Assembly: GCA_013265495.1 (NCBI GenBank)
Contig: MU058226.1
Location: 22,741 to 86,740 of the forward strand
DNA length: 64,000 nucleotides
Reading direction: 5' to 3'
From: Vicugna vicugna
Taxonomy: Eukaryota
In this document: one piece after another, positions 37,103-51,400 of the stretch
Numbering within the stretch: the stretch's first letter is position 1
Layout: the number at the start of each line of letters is the position of its first letter
The notes under the pieces: model-generated
What the model saw: the letters and a program-made list of their open reading frames with translations, nothing else
Database searches by the model: none
Told to the model about the DNA's origin: nothing
Position numbers and translations under genes: made by a program

Positions 37103-38857
37103 GTGGGGGCAGGAAAGGGATGGGCGGAGGAGGGAGGAGGGTGCTAAAAGGGACATGGAGGAGGGGATGGGGGAAAAACTGGGTCTGGGAGGGCGGACCG
37201 GAGAGAGGATTGGTGGGAAAAGGATAAGGGCCGACTGAGGAGAGGGTTGCTGGGGAAAGGAGAGGGGGCCTGAGAGGGAGGAAGGATGGAAGAGACACAA
37301 GAGGAAGGAGAGCTGGAGACCCTGTTAATTTGGGATGAGGGTGTGGACGGGGAATCTCGGAGAGGGAATTCCCCACACTTTCCCAATTCCTTTTCTTGCC
37401 CTTTGGCCCCACATGATCTGGGGGGGGGGGTTGTGGCAGGGAGAAGGCAGTGTATTGCCTCCTTCCCCCAGCAGAATTGGCTTCCTACGAATGCCCTCAG
37501 ACACCTCTGCTTCTCTCTAGGCACGGGACCTCTTGTTTCTTGTGGCCTTCTATGCTGTTGTAGACCCTTACTGACATGCAGTGCCTCATAGGGGGCCATG
37601 TTTTCTACATGGAGTCCGTGTGCCTTTGACATGTTTAATGGCTTGGGTGCGGCTAGGTTGTCCTATGCTCTCCATGGGCTGTGAAGAAATGATGTGTTCT
37701 TTTCCATCAGAATCTCCTGTTCTCATATCTGATGTCCATGTCTCCTGTCCAGTCTTAACATGTTCACGTGTGTGTGTTTTTTCACCTGTTGTGTCTATTA
37801 TGTGGTTTCATGTTTCTTACACATTTTATGGTTTTGCATGTTTACTTTAACCTGTAAAGGTTATACTTTATTTTGTTCGGGCTCACAGGTTACGTCCACA
37901 GCCCTGCCACGGGCAGTCATCTCTGTGTGGGATCTCGTGGCTTAGCTGACCAGCGCACACTCGTGTTGTGATCAGACTGGCCTGTTTACCGCATTTGTTT
38001 TCCCAGTCCTGGTTCACAGTGCACATATGTGTGTCCCTTCGCATGATGTGCTGACGTGACATGTCCATAGCTTCTTGCTTCTGGTTACACATACTATTTA
38101 TTTCATGATTTTATTGACAATATATTTTATGAGCGGTATGCTCATTACCTCATTTGCCTTCCACTGGGCTTATAAGTCTTCAGACAGTCCTGCTCTGGAG
38201 AGGGTCACTTGATGTCGAATATTAGAGAAGAAGGTAACTGGGTCTCCATGTCCCTAAAGAACCACCCCCATGTACCTTACCTTGCTGACCTCGTGGGCTC
38301 TTGTCTCTTCACCCACATTGCCTCCAGTGGCTGTGAACCGTCTGTCTGGGGAACTCAGTGCACATCGCGGGGTCAGCCCTGCCGTGCCCATTGTCTGTCC
38401 CTCACTCTTTGCACTGTTGGCATCTGTTGGATGACAGCAGCATCTTTCCCCTGTGGCATGTTAATCCCCATTCTGTATGCTTCTCCTGTGTGTGAGATGG
38501 TAAGTGCCGTGTTGATTGTTGTCCCTCTGCCTTCACCGTGACCCCGTATCTTATGTGTAGATTCAGAGTAGGTTACTGTTTGGTCTGGTGTGTTCATTAC
38601 TTTCTTGGTGCCTTTTCATAGTTAATAGTCCTCAGGAGGGTAGCTGATTCACTGTTTAGAACCACTGTCTCTGTCCTTAGTTATGGCTATGTGGGTATGT
38701 ATACAGAAGTAGAATCTGTTCAGCAAATGTTTAGTGAGTGTCTTCTCTGCTTCCTTCTTCCCTGGGCATAAGACAGTTCCTGTCCTCAAGCTGCTTACAG
38801 GTTGGGGAGGAAAATAAAAATGCCCTGAGCAGTTACACCCTGTCTTGTGTCAGGATG

Positions 38858-39001
38858 GGTGGTTCTCAAACCTGTGTGCACATCAGACTCATCTGAAGGG
38901 CTTCTTAAAATAATATACAGATTGATGGGCCCAATGTCCAAGATTCAGCAGATCAGAGGTGAGGTCTAAGAATTTGTATTTCCACACTTTGAGAACCAGT
39001 G
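38858..39001. mobile_element. MER5A/B-like relic
   Basis: Inverted ends gtggttctcaaac...ctttgagaaccagtg. Confidence 0.65.
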
Positions 39002-40286
39002 ATCAAGATAAAAGTGTAATGAAAACACAGGCCTGGAGGGGTTCAGGAAGACTTCCAAAAAGTGCCACTGAAGTGTGTGAGACAAGTGAAGAGGCAGAAG
39101 GACATTCCAGCCAGAGGGAACAGCGTGTTCACAGCACAGAAGCATGAAAGATCACGGTGTGTCTGAGGAGCTGAAGTAAATCAGTTTGACTGGAGCAAAA
39201 GAGGCTTTTTTGGCGGTGTGGCCAAAGACGTAAGCAGAAATCAGCTTGTCGAGAAGGGCCTTTAGGCAAGATCAAAATAATGCTCCGAGGTCTGTTAACA
39301 GAAACATCGGTGGTTGCCGCGGTGGAAGACAGATTAAAGGGGAGGGGTTAGGAGTTGCAGATAATCCAGGGGAGCAGTGCGCATCCAAACTGGGGGGCGG
39401 GGGGTGTAGGATCGAGCAGCGCTGCTGCCCTTGTGCTGGCAGAGTCCTATTTCCTCGGTTGCCAGTTGCCTTTACCCTTGTTTGGCAGTGGGCTTACCTT
39501 AGAGCACAGTCCTTGTGTCATTGGAAGGGAGCGCCTCTGGCCTTGATGTGAGTGACAGTTATTTGCCTGAACACTGTTTTTTGTGAATTGTGGCCCTGCC
39601 CCCAACAGTGGGACAGAGTGGAGGAAGGAGGAAGAGTCTAGAAAGCAGGTTCTGTGTGCGTGCTCCTCTTCCTCCTGAGCCCTTTCCTCTCCTCGGCAGG
39701 TGGTGTGATGTCCCTTTTACTCTTTGCCCTCTTTTTTTCACCTACAAGCTACCTGCCTGCCCACAGTGCTCCAGCGTCACTGGGAGGGAGGGAAGGGGCT
39801 GGTGGGATTCGTTTGCCTGTCTGTGGAGGCAGGATTAATGGACAGAGCCACTCCTGGTATGTCGTGTCCAGATAAGGGGACAAGGGAGCCTGCTTGGGTG
39901 GAGAGGGGTTCTTCTGAGTATGCATTTATAATCCTTTATCTGCCACGGGTGTGATTATAAATTTGTGTGTGTGTGTGGACTGGTCAGTCTATGTGCCTGT
40001 GTGTGTCTGCGTTTGTGACAGAGTCTTTATTCTTGCCAGTCGGCCCCTGAGAATGTCTGTGAGTGTTTTGTCAGTTTCCCTGTCCCTGCTGTGTGTACAC
40101 GTGTGTGTGTGTAGACAGGCAGCAGTGTAGCCGAGTGGTTAGGAGCACAGCCACTTAGGTTTAAGCTAGGAAGTGCCTCTTAGGAATCATATCACCTCAA
40201 GTAAGTTTTTTAACCACTCCGGGCCTATTTTCTTTTAAATGTAAATTGTGTGATTCATATTGAAAAGCTTAACATAATATATAGAC

Positions 40287-40597
40287 CAACCCTGTCCAAC
40301 AGAAGTAAAATGCAAGCCACATATGTAATTTTAAATTTTCTGGTAGCTACATAAAAAAGGTAAAAAGTCACAGGGTGAAATTTAGTATGTTCAACCAAGT
40401 ATGTCCAAAAGTTTAAAATTTCAGAGTTACCAATATAAAAGATGATTAATGGGATATTTTACCTTCTGTTTTTCATTCAAAGTCTTTTGAATCCAATGTG
40501 TATTTTACACTTCTGGCATCTCAGTTCAGACCAGACCACATTTCAAGTGCTCAGTAGCCATATGTGGCTGGTGGCTACCATATTGGACAGTGGCGGG
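40287..40597. mobile_element. MER33-like hAT DNA transposon relic
   Basis: Subterminal inverted repeats ctgtccaa...ttggacag; internal gccacatatgtaattttaaatttt and cacatttcaagtgctcagtagcca. Confidence 0.8.
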
Positions 40598-40943
40598 CTA
40601 GACCATTATAAGATCCTTACCAGCTACAAGTGTTAGCTGTTGTTATTAATGTCCTTTTATTATTGCGTGTCTGTGGATGTCCGTGTCTTGTGTCTCTTGT
40701 CTAAATGTATCTGCAGCCTTCAGGGCGAGGGGTAGGAGAGCAGGCCTGAGCTCCCATCCCCTCTGCCCCCAGCCTAGAGAGGCTTCCTAGACAGGTTTTG
40801 ATGAGAGTTCTGGCCCTATTCTGTGTCTCTGGCCCTTGTCCCCAGAGCCCTACCAGACCCTGCCTTCTGCACCTTGCCTGCCCCATCCCCCTCCCAGGAG
40901 CCAGGCCCACTGTCCTTTGCCCCATCCCCTGCAGGTGACCAGC

Positions 40944-43130
40944 ATGGAGCTGTGGCCAGGGGCATGGACTCTGCTGCTGCTGCTCTTCCTGCTGCTGCTC
41001 TTCCTGCTGCCCATTCTATGGTTCTGCAGCCCCAGTGCCAAGTACTTCTTCAAGATGGCCTTCTACAATGGCTGGATCCTCTTCCTGGCTGTGCTTGCCA
41101 TCCCCGTGTGCGCCGTGCGAGGGCGCAACGTGGAGAACATGAAGTGAGGGTCGGAGTGTTGGGTGATGAGGGAGCCTAAGTGTCATGAGTGAGTGTGGAT
41201 GGGGAGGGTATTGGATGTGGAGACACTGAGACAGCCCAGGGACAAGGAGGAGGAGAAGATGCAAAGATGCCCAGAAAGGCGGTGGTGGGTAGGGGCTGAG
41301 GGGAGGTGAGGCATGCAGGTGGATGTCAGCGGATGCCGCTGGAACCCTCTTCCCTGACCCCGCAGGATCTTGCGTCTGATGATGCTCCACATCAAGTACC
41401 TGTATGGGATCCGAGTGGAGGTGCGAGGGGCTCACCACTTCCCTCCCTCCCAGCCCTACGTTGTCGTCTCCAACCACCAGAGCTCCCTGGACCTGCTTGG
41501 TGAGCAGCCTCCCCTAGCCATGCCCGTCCTCCTGGAACCTTCCCCGGGATCTCATCCCCCAGAGGTCCTCAAGCCTCCCTCACCTGGGATGTTGCACCCT
41601 TGCTCCCTCCCCAGGCCTCTTTCCCTGGAGTAGAGCTGCCCTCATAAGCAGGATAATAGACCATTAGTTGCCCTTTCTTCCTTTCTGGGGCTTCCCTGCC
41701 CCCTCCCCTCAGTCTGCCTCTTCCTTTATCTCCAGTCCCTGGTAGTGTGGGTGATGACCTGGGTGAAGTAGGCTGCTTCCTGTGACACTCTGGTCCTTAC
41801 CTCACCCCCACCTCTGCCCTAGGGATGATGGAGGTACTGCCAGGGCGCTGTGTGCCCATTGCCAAGCGTGAGCTACTGTGGGCTGGCTCTGCCGGGCTGG
41901 CCTGCTGGCTGGCAGGAGTCATCTTCATTGACCGGAAGCGCACTGGGGATGCCATCAGTGTCATGTCTGAGGTCGCCCAGACCCTGCTCACACAGGACGT
42001 GAGTCACCCTGGGGAACTGGAGGGTTAAGGAGTAGAACAGTTGTAAATAAACTGATGTGCAGGGCCAGAAGACCTCAGAAGTCCCATTACAGCATCACAG
42101 CCATTTTCTGACCCCTTCCAGGTACGAGTCTGGGTTTTTCCTGAGGGCACAAGAAACCACAATGGCTCCATGCTGCCCTTCAAACGTGGCGCCTTCCACC
42201 TTGCAGTGCAGGCCCAGGTGATTACTACTTCCCCTTCTACTGCTGCGCCCCCAGCCCCCACCATCCCTTCCTCTCTTGGCAGAGGTTTGTCGTGGGAGCC
42301 TCGGAAGGGAGCTGTGGGCTGATCGCTTTTCGCCTTCCTCAGGTTCCCATCGTCCCCATAGTCATGTCCTCCTATCAAGACTTCTACTGCAAGAAGGAGC
42401 GCCGCTTCACTTCAGGTGAGGGGTCTGAGCAGATCCGGGATTGGGGGCTGGCCAGGAAGGCCTGGGAGAGGCTAGAGGGACGTCCCCAGGAGGCAGGAGG
42501 TTCAGGCAGTGTCAGAACTGTGAGATGTCCACAGGCTCATCTAGTGTGACATCAGCCAGTAAGTATTTGTGAAGCACCCACTGCATCCTGCTAGGTGGGT
42601 AACGCTTGGTCCCTCCAAGAGAGGCCACTACTGTCTAGCGGGAGGGATAAAGCCTACATGTGCCAAGCTGTAATATTCGGCAGTAAACGCTAAACCTAGA
42701 CAGCAGGGGCTGGCAGGGCACTGAGGTGTCTGGACTGGGGTTTGAGGAAGACTTTGTACAGGAGGACCTCGGAGAACAGGTGGCAGCTGGTGAGCAGAGG
42801 GCAGCTGTCTAGGGCAAGGGGAAGAGAACTGAAAGATTGAGGAGGAGAGTAAGTAGCAGGAGCGCTCAGAAACCAGGCTCCGCCTGTGATCAAAGTCCCA
42901 GTAGATAGGCCGCAATGGTGCTCACCGCCCCCTACCCCCATCCAGGGCGATGTCAGGTCCGGGTGCTGCCCCCAGTGCCCACAGAAGGGCTGACACCAGA
43001 CGACGTCCCGGCGCTGGCTGACAGAGTCCGGCACTCCATGCTCACCGTTTTCCGGGAAATCTCCACCGATGGCAGGGGTGGTGGTGACTATCTGAAGAAG
43101 CCTGGAGGGGTGGGCGAGGCCCGGCTCTGA
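40944..43130 (+). CDS. AGPAT1: 1-acylglycerol-3-phosphate O-acyltransferase 1 (LPAAT-alpha), 287 aa
   Basis: Exons 40944-41143, 41366-41499, 41823-41998, 42122-42217, 42343-42415, 42946-43130 = 864 nt; catalytic NHQSSLD, FIDR, FPEGTR and VPIVPIV motifs. Confidence 0.98.
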
Positions 43131-44130
43131 GCTCCCCTCCCGGCTACCCCCCACCTTCTCCACACCTACCAGCCCAGTGGGCCTGAAACCAGGCCAAGCC
43201 CTGTTCCTCATTTCCCCCCCTCCCCACTTGTTCTCCTCTTTGGAGTCTTCGACTTTTGAAGTGAACGTGGTTATAGCACTGCCCCCTGCCCCCTTTCCAG
43301 CCCCACCACGGACTCTCTTGCCTAGGTGCAATCTCCCTCTGACCCCCACCTTCTGTGCCATCTTGTGTGTGGGACAGTTGCCTCCCCCTCATCTCCAGTG
43401 GCTCAGTCTACACCAGGGTAGGAACACTCCATCCTGTCCCCAGTGGACCCTCGTCCTTTGTGGTCCTCTCTCCCTCTCCACCCGACATTGGCCAGTGGAC
43501 TCATCTATTCTGTGGAACAATTCCTCACCCCCAAGTCCAGAAGTCTATGGATTCAGTGGACTCATCCATTTGTGAGGACTCCTCACACTGGCTGGAAGCC
43601 GATGCCTGGAACATTCCTCTCAGGCTTGTACTGGGAACATTCCTCAGCACCTTCACCCTCCCTCCTATGGAGCCTCCTGTCTGTGGAGGCTGGACTTTTC
43701 TCACTCAGAGGTCTCATCCCTGCCCTTGTCCAGGTGTCCAGGGTTGAGCACACTCTTGGAGGCCAGTTTGCTCTCCACATTTCTGCTTCCCCTCATCCTC
43801 TTGGTACATTCTTCAGTGGTCCTGGCCCCACCCAGTCCCCTGCAGCCCCTCTGTACCATTCTAACCAGACACGGGAGGAGGCAGATGTCAATGCTGCTTT
43901 CGTGTCTCCCTGGGGTGTTGGAGAAAGGAACTGAACCCTGGCTGGAGGGGATGGGAGGGCTTTTAATTTATTTCTCTTTCTTTTGGGGCTTCCCCTCTCT
44001 GAGCCAGTTTTCATTTCCTCCCTGTGGCATTAGCCACTTTCGGCCCCCCCACCCCAGACCTGTGCCCGCAACTGGGGAGGTGGGCTGGGAGCAAAAGGAG
44101 AGGCTGGGACCCAGGTTTGCGTGATTGATT

Positions 44131-44136
44131 TTTATT
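44131..44136 (-). terminator. EGFL8 polyadenylation signal
   Basis: TTTATT on + (AATAAA on -), ~300 nt past the EGFL8 stop. Confidence 0.7.
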
Positions 44137-44165
44137 AATTATCTGGGTAACAGCAAGAAACCAAG

Positions 44166-44171
44166 AATAAA
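44166..44171 (+). terminator. AGPAT1 polyadenylation signal
   Basis: AATAAA followed by a GT/T-rich tract. Confidence 0.7.
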
Positions 44172-44436
44172 GATTGAGAGCGAGATGGGCACTTTCTGGC
44201 TGTGTTTGTTAAAGAGTTAAAAAAGCAGTTCTCACCCAGGCATCTGCCCCAGCCGGAAGACTCGGCAGGCCAAGACAACCTGCCTGCCTTCTCTCTTCCG
44301 CTTTCCAAAGTTTCCATTGTTCGTTGCTCCTTAGTGGCAGATAGCCTTATCTGCAGCTCCCCAGCCGCGAATCTTAGAGGATTAGTGGGTCCAGTTTCTG
44401 TATAAATTAGGGGGGCAGGGGCTCTGCAGAGGCTCC

Positions 44437-46360
<1,924 letters not shown>

Positions 46361-47843
46361 TTAATGGAGGCCCTTTCCCTCTCCTGTTAACTTCTCCAGT
46401 GCTGGCCCTTACAAGAGCAGTCAGTCTGCAGGTTCCCTTTAAGGGGGCCAGGACATACATTTGCACACCTGCATGTACATTTACCACCACCCCTTCCTTT
46501 AGCACATCATCGTCCATGCGGCATCATACAAGCTCACACCACGACACGCACCCTCCACCTTCCTTCATGGCCCTGTCTTGCACCTGCCCTCTTCTAATCT
46601 TCCTACTTTCAAAGTCTCAGTCACCCCTTCACAACTTGTACACAAACCCATACACCTGGACACACCGCCTTAAACACATTCCTGCTACCCTCACACACCC
46701 ACACCACCACACACACCCTGGACCCACTCCCCTTACTCAGACAACACCCCCCAACTCACACTCACTCTGAGACTCTGAGTGACCCCCTACTCTTTCCCAT
46801 TGACATTCTCTCCCCACCTGTCTTTCCCTTTCTTGGGAGACTTCAGGCCGACCAGCCACAGCAGCAACTCAGACTGGTGGCGGGCCAGGCGGGCTGCAAA
46901 GGAGAGGGGCGGGGCCAGACAGAGCCCTCCCAATCCTGCCCCCTCCCACAAGCTTCCTCCATCGCTGGAGCGCAGTGAGTTCACTGGGGTCCAAATCCCA
47001 CCACCTTCACCCACAGATGAGCAAAGGGTCCACTAGAAGTCTCTTCTCAACCCTCTGAGGCCCCTTATTTCTGGCCCAGCCCTCCAAATCAGCAGAAGCT
47101 ACTGGCTTTATAACACCAGCCGTATCCTTGGCCCTTGCCCCCCACCCTTCAACCCAACACAGCCTAGGGAAGAATTGGAGGGGCAGGGATAGGCAGAGCT
47201 GGCAGAGAACAAAGTGGGGTCAGGTCATGGGAGAAAGGCGAGATAGGCTGAGGAAAGAAAGAAGGGCAAGACACCACAAAGCAGGGTGGGAGGGGGGCTG
47301 CCCAGGGCACTAAGGGGAAAATTGCCCCTATTTCTTGATGACATTTGTTAGTGCCTGGGGAAGGGTGCAGAGTTGAGTCAGCCACCACCCCCCATGCCAG
47401 GGCAGACAGGGCCTTATTGTCTCCACCAAGATTCCTTCTTTCAAGGAAGAGGAGGCTCATTGTCCAGCCCCTCACCCGGCTCTGGCCTACAAAGGTCGAA
47501 AAGGGGCGCAACAAATGCCCACCCTGACCCTCAGCCCCCTCATCTAGCCTGGGGGTGGCCAGCACATTCCACCCATGAGGCTGGGGCACAAACCACTGGA
47601 GCCCTGGGCTCAGCCCCCCAATCATAGGCTGGGACAGGAAGAGAATTGTCCTCAGCAGGAAAGACCCCACAGAGAATCAGGAACCCACACAGAATGGGCA
47701 TTGAGTGAGCGGAAACACTAAGGGGGTCCCACCCCAGACCAGGCATCCGGGCACCTACGCCTCAGGCTCTCCATCCCCACCCTCCCTAGGAGTCGGGTCC
47801 TCCTCACCTGGAAATGAGTCAAACCACTCTGAGTAAATGAAAC

Positions 47844-47849
47844 TTTATT
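47844..47849 (-). terminator. PPT2 polyadenylation signal
   Basis: TTTATT on + (AATAAA on -), ~650 nt past the PPT2 stop. Confidence 0.7.
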
Positions 47850-48499
47850 TCCATAAATATAGGGGTAACACCCATTCAAGGATAGCTAAAAGAGGGGCTG
47901 GAGCCTCAAAGAAACTAGGCTCCCAGAGGGCACCCCAATACTGAACATAGGGACTGGGGGATCCCCAAACCTGAGATGGGCCTCACAGGCCACAGATATT
48001 CCCCAGCACTGACACTTCAAGAACGGAACCGTCCCCATAGGGGAGCCTCAGAACCCCACTCTCATGGGTGGTCCTTCCTGGGGCTTGGGAGGGCTGACCA
48101 CAGGGGAGTTCAGAGAAAAGAGAACATAGGGAAAACAGAAGCTAAAAATATCCTGAGTGGCCTGGAAGGAGGCCCCTGTGGTGGACAGGGGCTGGGTTCT
48201 CCTCCTGTACGGCCAGAGACGGGGGAGCAGCAGCAGTAGGAGCAGCCACAAGTTAAAAACCTGGTTTCTCACTTCCCAACCTTGGCTTGGGAGGATGGGA
48301 GAGCATGGAGCAACCCGCAAATGAGAGAAGAGATGGAGGAGACCAGGACTTGTCATTCACAGAGGCGCAGAGAAGGGGGCCTGGGAGCCCTGGTTGGAGG
48401 GGGGCAGTGTGGGAGCGATGAGGTGGTCACAGGCACACTAGGGCCTGATGTCCAAGGCTACCACTTGGTCTCTGGGCTGGGGAGTTCCTGAGGGACCCC

Positions 48500-51400
48500 T
48501 TAGGAGAGCCAAGGTTCAATGCAGGTCTCATAGAGGGTACGGTTGGAGTGCCAGACCGTGTGGGAGATCCCAGCCATCGGACACCTCACTATGGCCCCCC
48601 GGGCCAAGAGAGTCTTCAACCCAAAAGAATCATGCAGATAAACCTTCAAGGAGGGTGAAGGGACATGGAAGAAAGACACAGGGAGAGATAAAGTGAGTTC
48701 CTGCTGGTGTCCCAGACCCCTTCCCCACAGGGTGAACCCTTCAGCTCACATGTCAGTGGCAGGGAGGGCCACAGACTGAGGTGGGACAGTGCATGCAGAA
48801 AGGGGAAGTAACTCCAGGGGACTCACCAGTTGCTCTTCCATCTCCAAGACCGTCTCGTTTGCATCATAGAAACCAAAGAAGCTACAAAGAGATTGGAGGG
48901 TAAGGAGGAGAAGGTTATCAGGAGAGATGGAGAAAATCAAGGTGGGCTAGGGTCCTTCAGGAACTCGTGGCCTGATGGGGACATGGGCAGCAAGGAGGAC
49001 ACTCAAAATATTTAACTGGGTATCATGTACCTCATAAGGTGATGCATTGAGGATACAGCATCGCTTCTGCAGAATTCCCATCAAAAATGCATACCCTGAA
49101 TCTAATCATGACAAACTAGCCAACAAACCCAAACTGAGGGACATTCTATAAAATAGCCAGCTCATATGCTTCAGAAATATCAATGTCATGGCCAGAGACT
49201 GAGGGAGCTTTCCAGATTAAAAGAGGCAAAAGAGACAAGTAAAGGCAACACGTGATCATGGGTTGGATTTTGCACTGGACATTTTTTTCTATAAGGACAA
49301 TGGAGAGATTCTTGAATAAGGTCTCCAGAGTACTCTATCAATGTTCATTTCCTGATTTTGATCATTATATTGTGGATACATAAAAGAAATGTCCTGTATA
49401 TAGGAAAGAGACATGGACATATTGAAGTTTTAAGGGAAAGAGATATTGTGTCTGCAACCTACTCTCAAATGGTTCATACACATCCTCCATATATATATGG
49501 GGGTGGGGTAATGTAATGTAAACTTGGCAAAATGTTAACATTTGGGGAAATCTAGGTGAAGATATACAAGACTGATTTGTACTACTTTGGCAACTTCTTA
49601 AGTATGATATTTCAAAATATAAAGGTCTTAACATTCTTTAAATTAAGAAGATTTAACTGGTGTGGACACTGACCAGGATAACTAAAGACATATCTAATAG
49701 TGTTAAGTCCAGTGGGTTATGGGAACAAAGAGGAGCAGTCACTACCCTAGTTTTAGAGCATCAACAAAGGCTTCCCAGCAATGATCTTGGACTAGGGAAG
49801 GCTGTCCCAGGCAAATGGAACAGCAAAAGCAATGGCACAGAGGTAAGACACAGCTGGGTACATGGAGGTGCTGGGTTGGAGGGCTGGATCTCATAAGTAT
49901 AGGAGAGCAGTAGGGGCACAAAGACCTGGATTTGAACTCCAGCTCTGCCACACGCTCCCCGCTGTGTGTGGTTGATCATGCTGCTGGTCTTCTTTGCCCT
50001 ATAATACCTCCTTTGTAGACAGGAACTAAAACACTGTGGTTAAGTCACACAGCCTGACCTCACCACTTACTAACTCTATGAATGTATAAATGTTATTTGA
50101 AAAGTACTTAGAATAATGCTTTGGGACATAAAGGTGTTATATAACCTTGAGCCATTATTATTTGCATAGGATTCTAGTAGACGTGAAATGAGATAAAAAG
50201 AAATCCCATCTCTAACCTTTATAAGGAATGTTACTCCTTCACTCAAAATCCTCCAAGATGTTCCCATCTCACTCAGAATTAAAAAAAAAAAAAATCAAGG
50301 GCCATGGTTGGCAGGAGCCAGGGAGAAGCAGGGATGCATTTAAAGGGTTTGAGGTTTCAGTTTGGGAAGAAAAAAAAGTTCTTGAGATAGTGGTGATGGC
50401 TACACAAGATTGTGAGTGGGTGCTTGCTTCAGCAGCACATATACCAAGACTGGAACGATACAGAGACAGATGATTAGCATGACCCCTGCGCAAGGATGAC
50501 ATGCAAATTTGTGAAGCATCCCATATTTAAGACTTTTTTTAATTTTTAAAAAAGAATGTGAACAGACTTGATGCCACTGAACTATACACTCAAAAAGAGT
50601 AAATTTTATACTATGTATATTTTAGGAAAAAAAAAAAAAAAACAAGGGCCTTACTTTGCCCTACAGAGGCTCTCTGTAACTAGCTCCCTGTACCTCCCAC
50701 CTGCTCTTCACACTTCCCTGCATTCTAGGCACAGGGGCCTCCTTAACTCCTCACACCTGCCCCAGGGCCTTTGGAGGTGCTATTCATCTTCCCTGGGTTG
50801 TTCTTCCCCCAGGTTGTTGAACAACTCCTTCCCTCACTTCCTTCTGCTCAAATGGCAAATCTTCCAGAAAGACTTCTCTGGCCACTATCTTAAAAAGGCC
50901 CCTGTCGGGGGAGGGTATAGCTCTGTGGTAGACCACTTGCTTAGCATGCACGAGGTCCTGGGTTCAATCCCCAGTACCTCTGTTAAAAATAAATAAACCT
51001 AATTACAAATAAATAAATAAATAAACCTAATCCCCCCCTCAAAATTTTTTTAATAAAATAAAATAGGCCCCAGTCATACTCTAATCCCTTCCCTTACCTT
51101 ATTTTATCACCACCTGGCGTATATATTTACATTTATTATGTCTCCCCCACTAGACTGTATGGACTTCTCTTTCATTTATGGGAGCATCCCCAGGGCCTAG
51201 GAAAATGCCTGGGCACAGTGTTCAATGAGTGTTGAGTGACTAAAGTAGATCAGGTGACATTTCAGATCAGTCATGATGATCAGAGGCAGCCACATAGTAC
51301 CAGGAGCTCTGGCTTTTCCTGAGGAATAGGATAGAGGGGACATAGTCCAGGTAAGTAAAAGAGATGGTAGGAAATGTGATTAAATGGCATGGAACTATAT

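Noticed and set aside
50420..50528. Functional U6 gene
   Set aside because: CpG decay, an internal insertion, flanking duplications and no PSE/TATA context indicate a retrocopy.
50907..50980. tRNA-like sequence with A and B boxes
   Set aside because: It is the head of a SINE with tail and target-site duplication, not a tRNA gene.
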